Counted from the stretch's first letter, positions 38,741-48,803 are shown. The stretch is DNA of 64,000 nt from an uncultured Chloroflexia bacterium (GCA_963728205.1 CAVSIV010000002.1:96001-160000), one strand, 5' to 3'. Program-made: numbers and translations. Notes: a model not told the origin generated them from the sequence alone.

Positions 38741-39682
38741 ATGACGGCAGCTTCGCGAGCGGACGGCCGCGGCGGCGCGCGCCGCCCACCGGGCGAAGAG
38801 CCGCGGGACACGCGCGCAGCGGTCAACGGGGTCGACCTCTGCGTGTTCGACTGGCCCGGCGACGGCCCGCCCCTTCTCTTCGCGCACGCGACGGGCTTCC
38901 ACGCGCGCTGCTGGGACGAGGTGATCCGCCGCCTCCCCGGCCGTCGCGCGCTCGCGGTCGACATGCGCGGCCACGGCCGCAGCGACCGGCCTACGCCGCC
39001 CTACGAGTGGTCGCAGATGGGCGAAGACGTCACCGCGCTCGTCGGCGCGCTCGACCTGCACGGCATCGTCGCCGTCGGGCACTCGATGGGCGGCCACTCC
39101 GTGACCTACGCGGCCGGGCACGCGCCCGATCGCTTCGGAGCGCTCCTGCTCGTCGACCCCGTCATTCGCTCGCCGGAGGGCTACCGCGCCGCGGCGGCGG
39201 AGCAGCAGCGTGAGGACGCGGGCGGCTCGTCGTTCGTGGCGCGGCGGCGCAACCAGTGGGCGTCGGTCGAGGAGATGGTCGAGCGCTTTGCCGGCGGGCC
39301 CCCGTTCGGGGCGTGGGACCCGCAGGTGCTGCGCGACTACTGTCGCTACGGCCTGCTGCCGGCGCCCGGAGGCGACGGCTTCGTGCTCGCGTGCCCGCCC
39401 GCGATTGAGGCCGACATCTACGCCCACGCAGCCCTGACCGACGTCGACGACGCCGTCGCGCGCATCGCGATCCCCGTGCGCGTGCTGCGCGCGCCGCCCG
39501 CGTCGCCGGGCGCCGGCGCGTTCTCGGGGTCGCCGACAGACCCCGGCCTCGCGAGCCGCTTCGCCCACGGCGAGGATGTGCTGCTCCCCGGCGCTTCGCA
39601 CTACATCCCCATGGAGTCGCCGGCGCTCGTCGCACGGCATGTCGCGGAGATGGCGACGCTCGCGGACGCCCCGCGCGACTGA
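38741..39682 (+). CDS. Alpha/beta hydrolase
   Basis: HATGFHARCW, DMRGHGRS, GHSMGG, SHYIPME. Confidence 0.9.
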   Translation: MTAASRADGRGGARRPPGEEPRDTRAAVNGVDLCVFDWPGDGPPLLFAHATGFHARCWDEVIRRLPGRRALAVDMRGHGRSDRPTPPYEWSQMGEDVTALVGALDLHGIVAVGHSMGGHSVTYAAGHAPDRFGALLLVDPVIRSPEGYRAAAAEQQREDAGGSSFVARRRNQWASVEEMVERFAGGPPFGAWDPQVLRDYCRYGLLPAPGGDGFVLACPPAIEADIYAHAALTDVDDAVARIAIPVRVLRAPPASPGAGAFSGSPTDPGLASRFAHGEDVLLPGASHYIPMESPALVARHVAEMATLADAPRD

Positions 39683-39772
39683 GCCCGCGTGGTCCCTCAC
39701 GCGCGACGTTGCTAGGCTCCGCGTGCGCGCCGCAGCGGGGGCGCCGGACGCGCGCCGCCGGAGGTCCGCTCG

Positions 39773-40980
39773 ATGTCACGCGCCCCGTGGGTGCGCGCGA
39801 GCGCGCTGTCCCTCGCCCTGCTCACCGCGGCGACGCTCGCCACCGCCTGTCACGGCGCGCGCGGCGCGACGCCCGATGCGCCGGCCGACACGCGCGCCAT
39901 CACCGTGGCGGCCGGCAATCCGATCCGCATCGGCATCTCCTCCATCCTGGACGGCAGCCTCCGCGCGCTCGGCATCCCGCTCGCGCGGGCCGCCGAGCTC
40001 GGCGGGCGCGGCGTGACCGTCGACGGCCACCCGCTCGACTTCGAGCGCTCCGACGACGCCTGCACCGCGGACGGCGGCGTGGCCGCCGCCCGCACGCTGA
40101 TCGCGAGCGGCGTCGTCGCCGTGATCGGGCCGGTCTGCTCGGCGTCGGTGCAGGCCGCGCAGCCCATCTACGCGGCCGCCGGCGTTCCCGTGCTGTCGCC
40201 GGCCTCGACCGCGATCGGCGACACGGTGCCCGTAAGCGGCACGGCGTACGCCGGGTTCTTCCGCCTCGCCTACGACGACGCGATCCAGGCGCAGGCGCTT
40301 GCGCGCTTCGCGACCGAGCGCCTGCACGCGAGCACGGCCTACATCGTCGCGTTCGACGATTTGTTCGGCGCGCAGTACCGCGACGCCTTCGCGGCTGCGT
40401 ACGCCGGGCGCGTCGTGGGCGCCGCGTCGTTCCCGGCCGGCGCCACTGCGTTCCCCTCGGCGGTCCGCGGATCCAGGACTCGCATGCGCAGGTGGTGCTG
40501 TTCTTCGGCTACTCCGCCGAGGCCGCCCCGTTCGCCCGCGCGCTTCAGGCCGCCGGGGTGCGCGTCCCGCTGCTCACGCCCGACACCGTGCACGACTCCC
40601 AGTTCCCGGCGCAGGCGGGCAGCGCGGCGGAGGGCGTCTACGTCGCCCTCCCCGACCCCACTCCGTCCGGCGCCGCCTACGAGCGTTTCAGCGCCGCCTA
40701 CGTTGCCGCGTACGGCGCCTCCGCCGCGGCCGCCCCGTTCACCCCGCAGGCGTTCGACGCCACCGCCGTCCTGGCCGACGCGCTGCGACGCGTCGCGCGG
40801 CCCGCCGGCTCCGCCCTCACGATCGACCTCACCGCGCTGCGCGCCGCGGTCGCGCGGACCGATCTCACGGGCGCGTCGGGGCGGGTGCGCTTCGATGCGC
40901 TGGGCGACAACGTCGGAACGGCGACGCCCGTGCGCATCCTCGTGGTGCGGGAAAGCACGTTCGTCGACACGGGGTTCTAG
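39773..40980 (+). CDS. Branched-chain amino acid ABC substrate-binding lipoprotein; frameshift near 40466
   Basis: Lipobox ATAC, PIRIG, DDAC, VIGPVCS, FFRLAYDD. Continues in another frame as RIQDSHAQVVLFFGY...AFDA...GASGRVRFDALGD. Confidence 0.82.
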
Positions 40981-41077
40981 CGTGGACGAGGTTGCGGGGC
41001 GCCTGCTGCGCGAATGATCTACCCTGAACGAACGGGGACGGCGGCGAGCAGAAGCGTCCCCTGGGAACGAGGGCACC

Positions 41078-41698
41078 ATGCCGAACGACACCGAGCGCAC
41101 CGACGGAGCCACGCCCGAGATCCGCTTCACGGACGACGCGGCGGAGAAGCTTGCCGAGGTGATCGGGAACCACCCGAATCCGGTCGCCGGCCTGCGGCTC
41201 CAGATCCTCGGCCGTGCCGAGGGCCAGTTCCAGCACGTCCTCAGCCTCGTCGAGGACGGCGCGCAGATCGAAGACGACATCGTCGTCGAGACCGACGACG
41301 GTATCCGTGTCTTCGTCGAGCGCATGAACGCGAAGTACCTCGACGGCGTAGAGATCAACTACGCCGACAAGGGGCCGGGTCGGACCGGCCTCGAGTTCTC
41401 GAACCCCAACCCGCTCTGGATGGACGAGCGCGAAGAGCTGGTTCAGCGCATCTTCGACGAGCAGGTCAACCCCGCGATTGCCGCACACGGCGGCATCGTG
41501 AACCTGCTCGCGGTCGACGGCGACACCGCCTACGTCCAGTTTGGCGGCGGCTGCCAGGGCTGCGGCATGGTCAACGTCACGCTCCAGCAGGGCGTCGAGG
41601 TGGCCGTCAAGGAGCTGGTGCCGAGCATCGAGCACATCGTCGACGCCACGGACCACCAGTCGGGCACGAACCCCTACTACCAGCCCGCGAAGAAGTGA
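41078..41698 (+). CDS. nfuA: NfuA-like Fe-S carrier (degenerate A-type domain plus NifU C-terminal domain)
   Basis: IRFTDDAA...INY...F.NPN, then VNPAIAAHGG...GGGCQGCG...TL.QGVE...DATDH.SG.NPYY. Confidence 0.88.
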   Translation: MPNDTERTDGATPEIRFTDDAAEKLAEVIGNHPNPVAGLRLQILGRAEGQFQHVLSLVEDGAQIEDDIVVETDDGIRVFVERMNAKYLDGVEINYADKGPGRTGLEFSNPNPLWMDEREELVQRIFDEQVNPAIAAHGGIVNLLAVDGDTAYVQFGGGCQGCGMVNVTLQQGVEVAVKELVPSIEHIVDATDHQSGTNPYYQPAKK

Positions 41699-43167
41699 TG
41701 CCGCCGGGCATGCCCGGCCGCGCGCCAGGCGCGCCGCTCCGCGTCCTGCTCGTCTCCACCTACGAGATGGGCCACCAGCCACTGGGCCTCGCGGCCCCGG
41801 CCGCCGCGCTGCGCGGAGCCGGCCACGACGTCCGGACCCTGGATCTCGCCGTCGAGTCCCCGGAGCTCGAGCGCTTCGACGACGTCGACCTCGTCGCGAT
41901 CTCAATCCCGATGCACACGGCGGCGCGGCTCGGGATCGACCTCGCCGGCCGCCTGCGCCGCCTGCGGCCGGCGCTGCGCATCGCGTTCTACGGCCTCTAC
42001 GCGACGCCGCTCGCCGACCGCCTCGCGCGCGACGGCCTCGCCGACGCCGTGATCGGCGGCGAGTACGAGCCCGGACTCCTCGCGCTCGCCGCGCGCCTCG
42101 CCGGCGCGCCGGCCGACCCGCTCGCGCTCGCGGGCGTCGGCCCGCAGCCCGCGTTCGCGCGGCAGGCGTACCCCGTCCCGGATCGCACGGGATTGCCGCC
42201 GCTCGACGCCTACGCACGCCTCCAGCTCGGCGACGAGCAGCGGCTCGCGGGCTACGTCGAGACGACCCGCGGCTGCGCCCACCACTGCACGCACTGCCCG
42301 CTGACGCCCGTCTACGGTGGGCGCCTGCGCGTCGTGCAGGCCGAGACGGTGCTCGCGGACATCGATCAGCTCGTCGCGGCCGGCGCGCGCCACATCACCT
42401 TCGGCGACCCTGACTTCTTTAACGCCCTGCCCCATGCGCGCGCCGTCGTCGACGCCATGCGCGTCCGCCACCCGGACCTCACGTTCGACGCGACCATCAA
42501 GGTCGAGCACCTGCTCGAGCACGCCGACGCCCTCGCCTGGCTGCGCGGGCGGGGCTGTCTCTTCGTCACCTCCGCGTTCGAGTCGACGAACGACGCCACG
42601 CTTCGCCTGCTCGACAAGGGCCACACGCGCGACGACATGGATCGCGCGGTGGCGGCGGCCGAGGCCGCCGGGCTGCCCGTGCGGCCGACGTGGGTGGCGT
42701 TCACGCCGTGGACGGCACCGGCGGACCTCCTGGACATGCTCGCGTTCATCGAGTCGCGCGGGCTCGTCGAGCACGTGCAGCCGGTGCAGTACGGCATCCG
42801 GCTGCTGCTGCCGCCCGGCTCGCCGCTCGTCGACCGGCTGCGCGACGAGGGCCGGCTCGGCCCGTTCGACGACGACGCCCTCACCTATACGTGGGCGAGC
42901 GCCGACCCGCGCATGGACGCGCTGCAGCGCGAGCTGGCCGGGATCGTGGAGTCGGCGGCGTGCGCGAGCTGCGACGCGGAGCCCGCCGTGGAGACGTTCC
43001 GCCGCGTGAAGCAGGCGACCGTCGCGGCGCTCGCGGGCGACGCGGCGCCGGTGGCGGTAGCCGCACAGCCCCGGCGGGTGGTGCCGGGGCTGACCGAGTC
43101 GTGGTTCTGCTGAGCGGAGCCGACGGGGGCGCAGTTGGCGCCCCTCGACCGCGCGCTCGGGCTGTGA
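41698..43167 (+). CDS. CUAEP-tail radical SAM selenoprotein (ArsL-like; Sec at TGA 43111-43113)
   Basis: B12-binding-like N-terminus, TRGCAHHCTHC motif. Read-through gives ..ESWFC-U-AEPTGAQLAPLDRALGL*. TGATG coupling to nfuA. Confidence 0.88.
43121..43147 (+). promoter_or_regulatory. Putative bacterial SECIS element
   Basis: GGGGCGC-AGTTG-GCGCCCC stem-loop starting after a 12-nt spacer from the TGA, extendable by CGA/TCG. Confidence 0.7.
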
Positions 43168-43183
43168 CCCCGGCCGCCTCGCG

Positions 43184-43579
43184 CTAGACGACCGTCACCG
43201 GGATCCGCTGGGTCTCCTCCTGGAGTTCCTCGGCGACGCTTCCGTCGATCAGGTCGCGGAACGCGCTGTGCTCATGCGACGCGATCACGATGCGATCGAC
43301 GTGCTCGTCGCGCGCGACCTCGAGGATCCCGCGCACCGGGTCGCCCGCGAGCCGCACCTCCTCCTGGACGTGCAGACCCGGGTCGAGGCGCTCACGGACC
43401 TTCCGCAGCCGCTTCTCGAGCACCGAGTGCGTCTCCTTCGCGTGCTGTGACACCTCGGGCAGTTCGCCCACGCTGACGAGGACGAGCTCGAAATCGCGCT
43501 CGCCGCGGCCCAATTCGAGGGCCTTCGGCAGCGCGTGCTCGGAAAACTCCGTCTCGTCGATCGGAACGAGGATCTTCAC
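43184..43579 (-). CDS. Universal stress protein
   Basis: KILVPIDETEFSEHAL...GDPVRGIL...DRIVIASH...GSVAE...PVTVV. Confidence 0.85.
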   Translation of the reverse strand: MKILVPIDETEFSEHALPKALELGRGERDFELVLVSVGELPEVSQHAKETHSVLEKRLRKVRERLDPGLHVQEEVRLAGDPVRGILEVARDEHVDRIVIASHEHSAFRDLIDGSVAEELQEETQRIPVTVV

Positions 43580-43758
43580 CGCGTACTCCCTCCAGGGGGG
43601 CGTGGATGGCCCTCCTTCGAGTCTACGAGGGCCGCGCGACCATCCCGGCGCAACGGTCGCCGTCCGTCGACAGCGGGCGCACCAACTCAGCGGCGCCGGA
43701 GAGGGCGCCGATCTGGTGGGCGGCGCGAGCCGCCCCCTCCCTTTCCCCGCCTCTGCCG

Positions 43759-44994
43759 TCAGTCGATGTCGAACGTCAGACGGCCGTGCGCCGCGCGCAG
43801 CGCCGCTTCGACCGCTTCCGGCGTCTCCCCGCGGGCGAAGATGAACCCCAGGTACTCGCTGCCCTCGGGCAGCGGCACGACCTCGCTGCCGGGGTGAATC
43901 GAAATCGTGACCGATTCGATCAGCGGCACGCGCTCCGCCTCCGCGATGCCATGCACGGCGCGCAGCGTGCCTCCCCGCGGGATCGGGATCATCATCACAC
44001 CGGCTGCCGCCGACTGCCGCTCGTAGGACGGCACCTCTGCGCCGATCGCGTGGCGCAGGAGCAACTCCTCGAGCGACATGCCCGTGCCGAAGCTCAGCGT
44101 CCGCGAGCACAGGCCACCGATCGACCGCGCCGCGATGTCGACCGGGTAGACGCCGTCGTCGTTGATCCGCAGCTCCGCGTGCACCGGCCCGTCGAAGAGC
44201 GCCAGCGCGGCACACGCCTGCTCGGTGGCCGCGATCGCCGCCTTCTGCCGTGCCTCGGGCAGCCGCGACGGCGTCACGTAGATCGTCTCTTCGAAGTACG
44301 GGCCCTCCAGCGGGTCGGGCTTGTCGAAGACCGCGAGCACCCGCAGCCTTCCATGATCGAGCAGCCCCTCCAGCGAGACCTCGATGCCGGGGATGTAGCC
44401 CTCCACGAGCAGGCGGTCCACGAGCTCGTGGCCGCACTCGTCGCGCGCGTCGGGTGACTCGAGAATGCGTCGCACGCGCCCGAAAGCCGCGACGAATGCG
44501 TCGGCGTCGTCGGCGCGGATCACGCCCTTGCTCGCGGAAAGCGCGAGCGGCTTCAGCACGACGGGGTACGTCAGGTCCGCGGCGGCCGCGCGGGGATCGT
44601 CGAGCAGCGACACCGCGCGGAACGCGGGCGACGCGATGCCGGCGGCGGCCAGCCGCTCGCGCAGCAGCAGCTTGTTCCGCGTCGCCTCCACGGCCGCGAC
44701 GGGGTTGTAGGGCAGCTCGAGCCGGCGCGCCGCGCGCGCTGCCACCAGCGCACCGCCGTCATCCACCGCCACGATCGTGTCGAGCGGGTGCCGCCCCGCG
44801 AACGCCTCGATCTCGCCGGCGCCGATGTCGGGCTCGGTGAAGTTCAGCCCGAGCGTCCGCCCCTCGGACAGCGATTCCAGCGGACTGCTCGCGTCGGAGC
44901 CGACGACCACCTCGACGCCGAGCTTCGCCGCAGCCTCCATGAAGTCGGGCGCGCGGTAGGAGCGGGTGGGGATCAGGAGCATCACTCGCGGCAC
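43759..44994 (-). CDS. ATP-grasp domain protein (amino acid ligase-like)
   Basis: RNKLLLR, YPVVLKP..SASKGVIR, LVEGYIPGIEVSLE, HAELR, DIAARSIGG. Confidence 0.9.
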   Translation of the reverse strand: MPRVMLLIPTRSYRAPDFMEAAAKLGVEVVVGSDASSPLESLSEGRTLGLNFTEPDIGAGEIEAFAGRHPLDTIVAVDDGGALVAARAARRLELPYNPVAAVEATRNKLLLRERLAAAGIASPAFRAVSLLDDPRAAAADLTYPVVLKPLALSASKGVIRADDADAFVAAFGRVRRILESPDARDECGHELVDRLLVEGYIPGIEVSLEGLLDHGRLRVLAVFDKPDPLEGPYFEETIYVTPSRLPEARQKAAIAATEQACAALALFDGPVHAELRINDDGVYPVDIAARSIGGLCSRTLSFGTGMSLEELLLRHAIGAEVPSYERQSAAAGVMMIPIPRGGTLRAVHGIAEAERVPLIESVTISIHPGSEVVPLPEGSEYLGFIFARGETPEAVEAALRAAHGRLTFDID

Positions 44995-45029
44995 AGCGCA
45001 CCTCCCGGTCGGGTTCGGGGCGTGAACGC

Positions 45030-45099
45030 AAAGCAGCCGGCCCGGGGGCCGGCTGCGATCGTATGCGCATCCGCGCGCCGGCCGCCTCGCGGCCGGCGC
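45030..45099 (-). terminator. Two GC hairpins between the iscA-like and ATP-grasp genes (possible terminator or processing site)
   Basis: Stems at 45033-45056 and 45075-45099. Only a short T run follows on the minus strand. Confidence 0.4.
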
Positions 45100-45108
45100 A
45101 AAGCGTGG

Positions 45109-45444
45109 CTAGTGGCCGCCGCAGCCGCAGCTGCCGCCGCCGAGCGCCGCCGCGTTCGGCGCCTCGATGGCGAAGCCGGACTGCATCACGTCGTCCACGT
45201 AGTCGATCGACGCGCCCTCGAGCACCGGCGCGGACGCGGAGTCGACGATGAAGGTCAGCGTGCCGACCCGGATCACGGAGTCCTGGTCCGACGCGCTGTC
45301 GAGGCCCATGCCGAACTGCGGCCCGCTGCACGCGCACCCGCCCGACTGGGCGAAGATGCGAATCGCGTGGTCCGGGGTCTCCTCGCGGTCGGCAAGGAGC
45401 GCGCTCAGGCGCTGCTGGGCCAGGTCGGTCACGGTCAGGTTCAT
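45109..45444 (-). CDS. HesB/IscA A-type Fe-S carrier
   Basis: GGCACSG, IDYVDD..SGF...PNA, C-terminal CGCG. Confidence 0.9.
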   Translation of the reverse strand: MNLTVTDLAQQRLSALLADREETPDHAIRIFAQSGGCACSGPQFGMGLDSASDQDSVIRVGTLTFIVDSASAPVLEGASIDYVDDVMQSGFAIEAPNAAALGGGSCGCGGH

Positions 45445-45556
45445 GTGGGATTCCCATCGGGTAGCGCGCCCGAAAGCGCAGCGACAGCTTCGCTAATCAC
45501 GTCCCATGATGACGGACCGGGGGAAGGCCTGCAAGGAGCGAGCCTCGCGGCGCCCG

Positions 45557-47725
45557 TCACGCGCCCGCGATCACCGTCAGCAGCTCTTCGCCGAACCGGC
45601 CGACGCGCGCCTCCCCGAGCCCCCATACCTCGAGCAGCGCCGCGTGCGAGGCCGGCCGCGCCGCGACGAGCTCGCGCATCGTGCGATCCGAGAACAGCGT
45701 GTACGCCGGCACGCCTTCCGCTCGCGCGCGCTCCGAGCGCCACCTCCGCAACGCCTCGAACAGCGGGTCGCCGCGCACCGCCTCGATGCCGGGATCCCGC
45801 GAGCCTTCGCCGCCGCCCGCGCTCGCGCTCGACCGGCGCGTCGGCGCAGCTGCCGCCGGCGGCGGCGGCGGCGCCTCCGGGTGCGCCGCGCTCCACTCCG
45901 CGACCACCGCGAGCAGCTCGCGCCCGAACCAGTCGGCGCGCTTCTCGCGGATGCCCCAGACCGTGAGCAGGGCGTCGCGGTCCCGCGGCCGCCGGATCGC
46001 GACCTCGCGCGCCGTCCGCAGCTCGAACACGCGCGACGGGTCGAGCCCGCTGCGCCGCGCGATCTGCTCGCGCACCTCGAGGATCGCGTCGTACAGCTCG
46101 CGGGGGTACTCGATGCGCACGGCCGTGCCCTCGCCCCGGCAGTTGTCGCAGCGGTCGCACCGGTCCGCCGGCGTCTCGCCGAAGTAGCGCAGGATCACCG
46201 CGCGCCGGCAGGTGTCGGTCTCCGCGTACTCCGTCATCTCGCGCAGCCGGCCCTCGGCGTACGCGCGGTGCCGGGTGATCGACGACACGTCGATCGGCGC
46301 GGCCGGGTCGAGCGTCGTCAGCCGCAGCTCCGACGCCTCGAGCAGCCCGCTGTCGCGCAGGGCAGCCACCGTGATCGCGAAGCGGTCGATGTCGTCGTCG
46401 CCGGCGCCGGGAGGTAGCCGCCCGCCGTGCTGCGCGGCGAGCACGACCCAGTGCCGCCACGTGCGGCGCACGGTCGCCTCGTCCGGGTGCGCCTCCTCGA
46501 TCATGCGCTGTGCCAGCCGCCGGTCGCGCTCCGCGTAGAGCAGCACGCACTCGGCCGGGTCGCCGTCGCGGCCGGCGCGCCCGGCCTCCTGGTAGTACGA
46601 CTCGAGGCGGGCGGGCATGTTGTGGTGGATGACATAACGGACATCGGGCTTGTCCACGCCCATGCCGAACGCCGTGGTCGCGACGATTACGGGCAGCTCC
46701 CCGAGCGTGAACCGGCGCTGCACGCTCGAGCGCTCGTTGCGCGGCAGCCCGGCGTGGTAGGCGGCCGCGCCGACGCCGGCCTCGCGCAGCGCCTCGGCGA
46801 CCTCCTCGACGCGCCGCCGCGACCGCGCGTAGACGATGCCGGCCTGCCCGGGGTGGGCGAGCGCGTACTCGACGATCCAGCGCAGCCGCTCCTCGGGCCG
46901 GCTGATCGGCCGCACGACGAAGCTGAGGTTCGGTCGGTCGACGGTGGTGATCACCTCCACCGCGCGGCCGGTAAGGCCGAGCCGTTCGAGGATGTCGCGC
47001 CGCACCTGCGGGTTCGCCGTCGCGGTCAGCGCCAGCGTGCGCGGGGAGCCGAGGCGCTCCCGCACCGAGCCCAGCTGCAGGTAGTCGGGCCGGAAGTTGT
47101 GCCCCCACTCCGAGATGCAGTGCGCCTCGTCGACGGCGAGCAGGTTGACGCCGGCGCGCCGCAGCCCCTCCGTGAAACGCTGGTTCGCGAACCGCTCGGG
47201 CGCGACGTACAGCAGCGAGGTGCGCCCCGCGATGAAGTCCGCGTACCGCCGGTTCTGCTCTTCGCGCCCGAGGTTCGAGTTGATGAACGTCGCTGCGACG
47301 CCGGCTGCCTGCAGCGACTCCACCTGGTCCTGCATCAGCGCGATCAGCGGGGACACGACGACCGTGCGGCCGACCTCGAGCGCCGGCAGCACGTAGCAGA
47401 GGCTCTTGCCGCTGCCGGTGGGCATCACCGCCAGGACGTCGCCGGCGGCGAGCCGCGCGAGCACGTCGGCCTGGCCGTCGCGGAAGTCGGGGTACCCGAA
47501 GGTCTCGCGCAACCGCTGACGATAGCGGTACAGCTCGGCGGGCAGGCGGACGCGCGGAGCGCCGGGAGCGGCGGCCGGCCGGGGAAGGGGGTGTGGCTGC
47601 GGCGCAGCCGCGAGCGCCTCCGCCGGGTGCGGCGGCGCGTCGCCCGCCGGCCGTCCGCAGGCGGGACAAAACGCCGCCGCGGGCGGGACGGCATCGCCGC
47701 ATCCGGGGCACTGAATCGAGATGAT
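45557..47725 (-). CDS. recQ: RecQ helicase with two HRDC domains and a probable N-terminal zinc ribbon (start uncertain)
   Basis: MPTGSGKS, VDEAHCISEWGHNFRP, AFGMGVDK, QEAGRAGRDG, CRR..CDRCDNC. Frame stays open 71 codons upstream of TTG 47512 and contains CPGC..CPAC. Confidence 0.9.
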   Translation of the reverse strand: MISIQCPGCGDAVPPAAAFCPACGRPAGDAPPHPAEALAAAPQPHPLPRPAAAPGAPRVRLPAELYRYRQRLRETFGYPDFRDGQADVLARLAAGDVLAVMPTGSGKSLCYVLPALEVGRTVVVSPLIALMQDQVESLQAAGVAATFINSNLGREEQNRRYADFIAGRTSLLYVAPERFANQRFTEGLRRAGVNLLAVDEAHCISEWGHNFRPDYLQLGSVRERLGSPRTLALTATANPQVRRDILERLGLTGRAVEVITTVDRPNLSFVVRPISRPEERLRWIVEYALAHPGQAGIVYARSRRRVEEVAEALREAGVGAAAYHAGLPRNERSSVQRRFTLGELPVIVATTAFGMGVDKPDVRYVIHHNMPARLESYYQEAGRAGRDGDPAECVLLYAERDRRLAQRMIEEAHPDEATVRRTWRHWVVLAAQHGGRLPPGAGDDDIDRFAITVAALRDSGLLEASELRLTTLDPAAPIDVSSITRHRAYAEGRLREMTEYAETDTCRRAVILRYFGETPADRCDRCDNCRGEGTAVRIEYPRELYDAILEVREQIARRSGLDPSRVFELRTAREVAIRRPRDRDALLTVWGIREKRADWFGRELLAVVAEWSAAHPEAPPPPPAAAAPTRRSSASAGGGEGSRDPGIEAVRGDPLFEALRRWRSERARAEGVPAYTLFSDRTMRELVAARPASHAALLEVWGLGEARVGRFGEELLTVIAGA

Positions 47726-47809
47726 CGGTACGGGTCCCCTCGCCTGCAGCCGAGATTCTACCCCGGCGCCGCGGTGCGGGCCCCCGTCGGTTCACGGGCG
47801 GGCGGCGCC

Positions 47810-48616
47810 TCAGGCGGCCTCGGCGAAGATCCCGCGGTACCAGTCGACCTTCTTCTCCAGGCCGTCCGTCCCGCCGAGCGAATCGACGATCGCGAAGTCA
47901 TCGCCGTCTTCGTCGAGCGCCTCCGGCTTCGGACCGCGGACGAGCCCGTCACCGATGCCGAGCAGCTGCGAGATGCGCCGGCCGTTGTACGTCACCCAGG
48001 CGAGCGCCGAGCCCTCGCCGTCATGGTGGCCGGCGATGCCCTCGATGATCCCCTCGGGAAAATTCCAGGCCGTCGCGACCTCGACGCCCCACTCCACGTG
48101 GTCGTAGCCGAACACCGCCCGCTCCGCGTCGCACGGCTCATCGGCGTTTGCCACGCGCGCGACGACCTCGCGGTAGCGCTCGGGCTCCTGCGCGGCCATC
48201 GCGAGCCGGCCGACGTCGTGCAGCAGGCCCGTCGTGAACGACTCCGTGCGCGGTCCGCCGGGCCACGCCGATGCGTCCGACAGCATCGCGGTGGCGAGCA
48301 GGTGCCGCCACATCTCGTCGGTGTCGAGCCCGGCGCGGTCGAGGTCGCGGAACGTCTGGCCGAGCGTCGCGCCGGCGATGATGCGGCGCGTCGACATCAG
48401 GCCGATGCGGACGATGGCGTCGCTCGCCGTCCCGATGCGGCGGACCGCCGTCTGCGCGGCGGCGTTCGCTGCGCGCAGGACGGCCACGGTCAGCGCCGGG
48501 TCGCTCTCGATGACGGCGGCGACGTCGGTGATTGTCGCGTCGTGGCGCGACATCAGCGAGATCGCGCGGGCATGCGTGGCCGGCAGGGTGGGGAGCTTGC
48601 TGGTATTCGCGGTCAC
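47810..48616 (-). CDS. HDOD domain protein
   Basis: LPTLP, IESDPALT..VLRAAN, AIVRIG, W.H, GLLHDVG, E...FGYDH, WNFP, HH. Confidence 0.9.
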   Translation of the reverse strand: MTANTSKLPTLPATHARAISLMSRHDATITDVAAVIESDPALTVAVLRAANAAAQTAVRRIGTASDAIVRIGLMSTRRIIAGATLGQTFRDLDRAGLDTDEMWRHLLATAMLSDASAWPGGPRTESFTTGLLHDVGRLAMAAQEPERYREVVARVANADEPCDAERAVFGYDHVEWGVEVATAWNFPEGIIEGIAGHHDGEGSALAWVTYNGRRISQLLGIGDGLVRGPKPEALDEDGDDFAIVDSLGGTDGLEKKVDWYRGIFAEAA

Positions 48617-48803
48617 GGGGCAGTCCCTCGGGGGTGCGTGAGCGCTCCGCCCCCGGGGCGGAGGCATGCGGTCCGATACCGCGATCATCGGTGTCGGCGT
48701 TGATCTCCACAGGTCGCGCCGACCGCGACCTGGCGCGAGCGCGCGCGTTGACCCCCGCGCGCGCCGCCCGGAACATGGACCGGCGGGGATGGATGGAGGC
48801 GGT

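Noticed and set aside
43580-43758. RiPP precursor peptide for the ATP-grasp or radical SAM enzymes
   Set aside because: No short ORF with a credible RBS and core-like sequence in the gaps around these genes.
45109-45444. HesB-like protein as a third selenoprotein
   Set aside because: All Cys positions use TGC, the gene ends in TAG and has no in-frame TGA.
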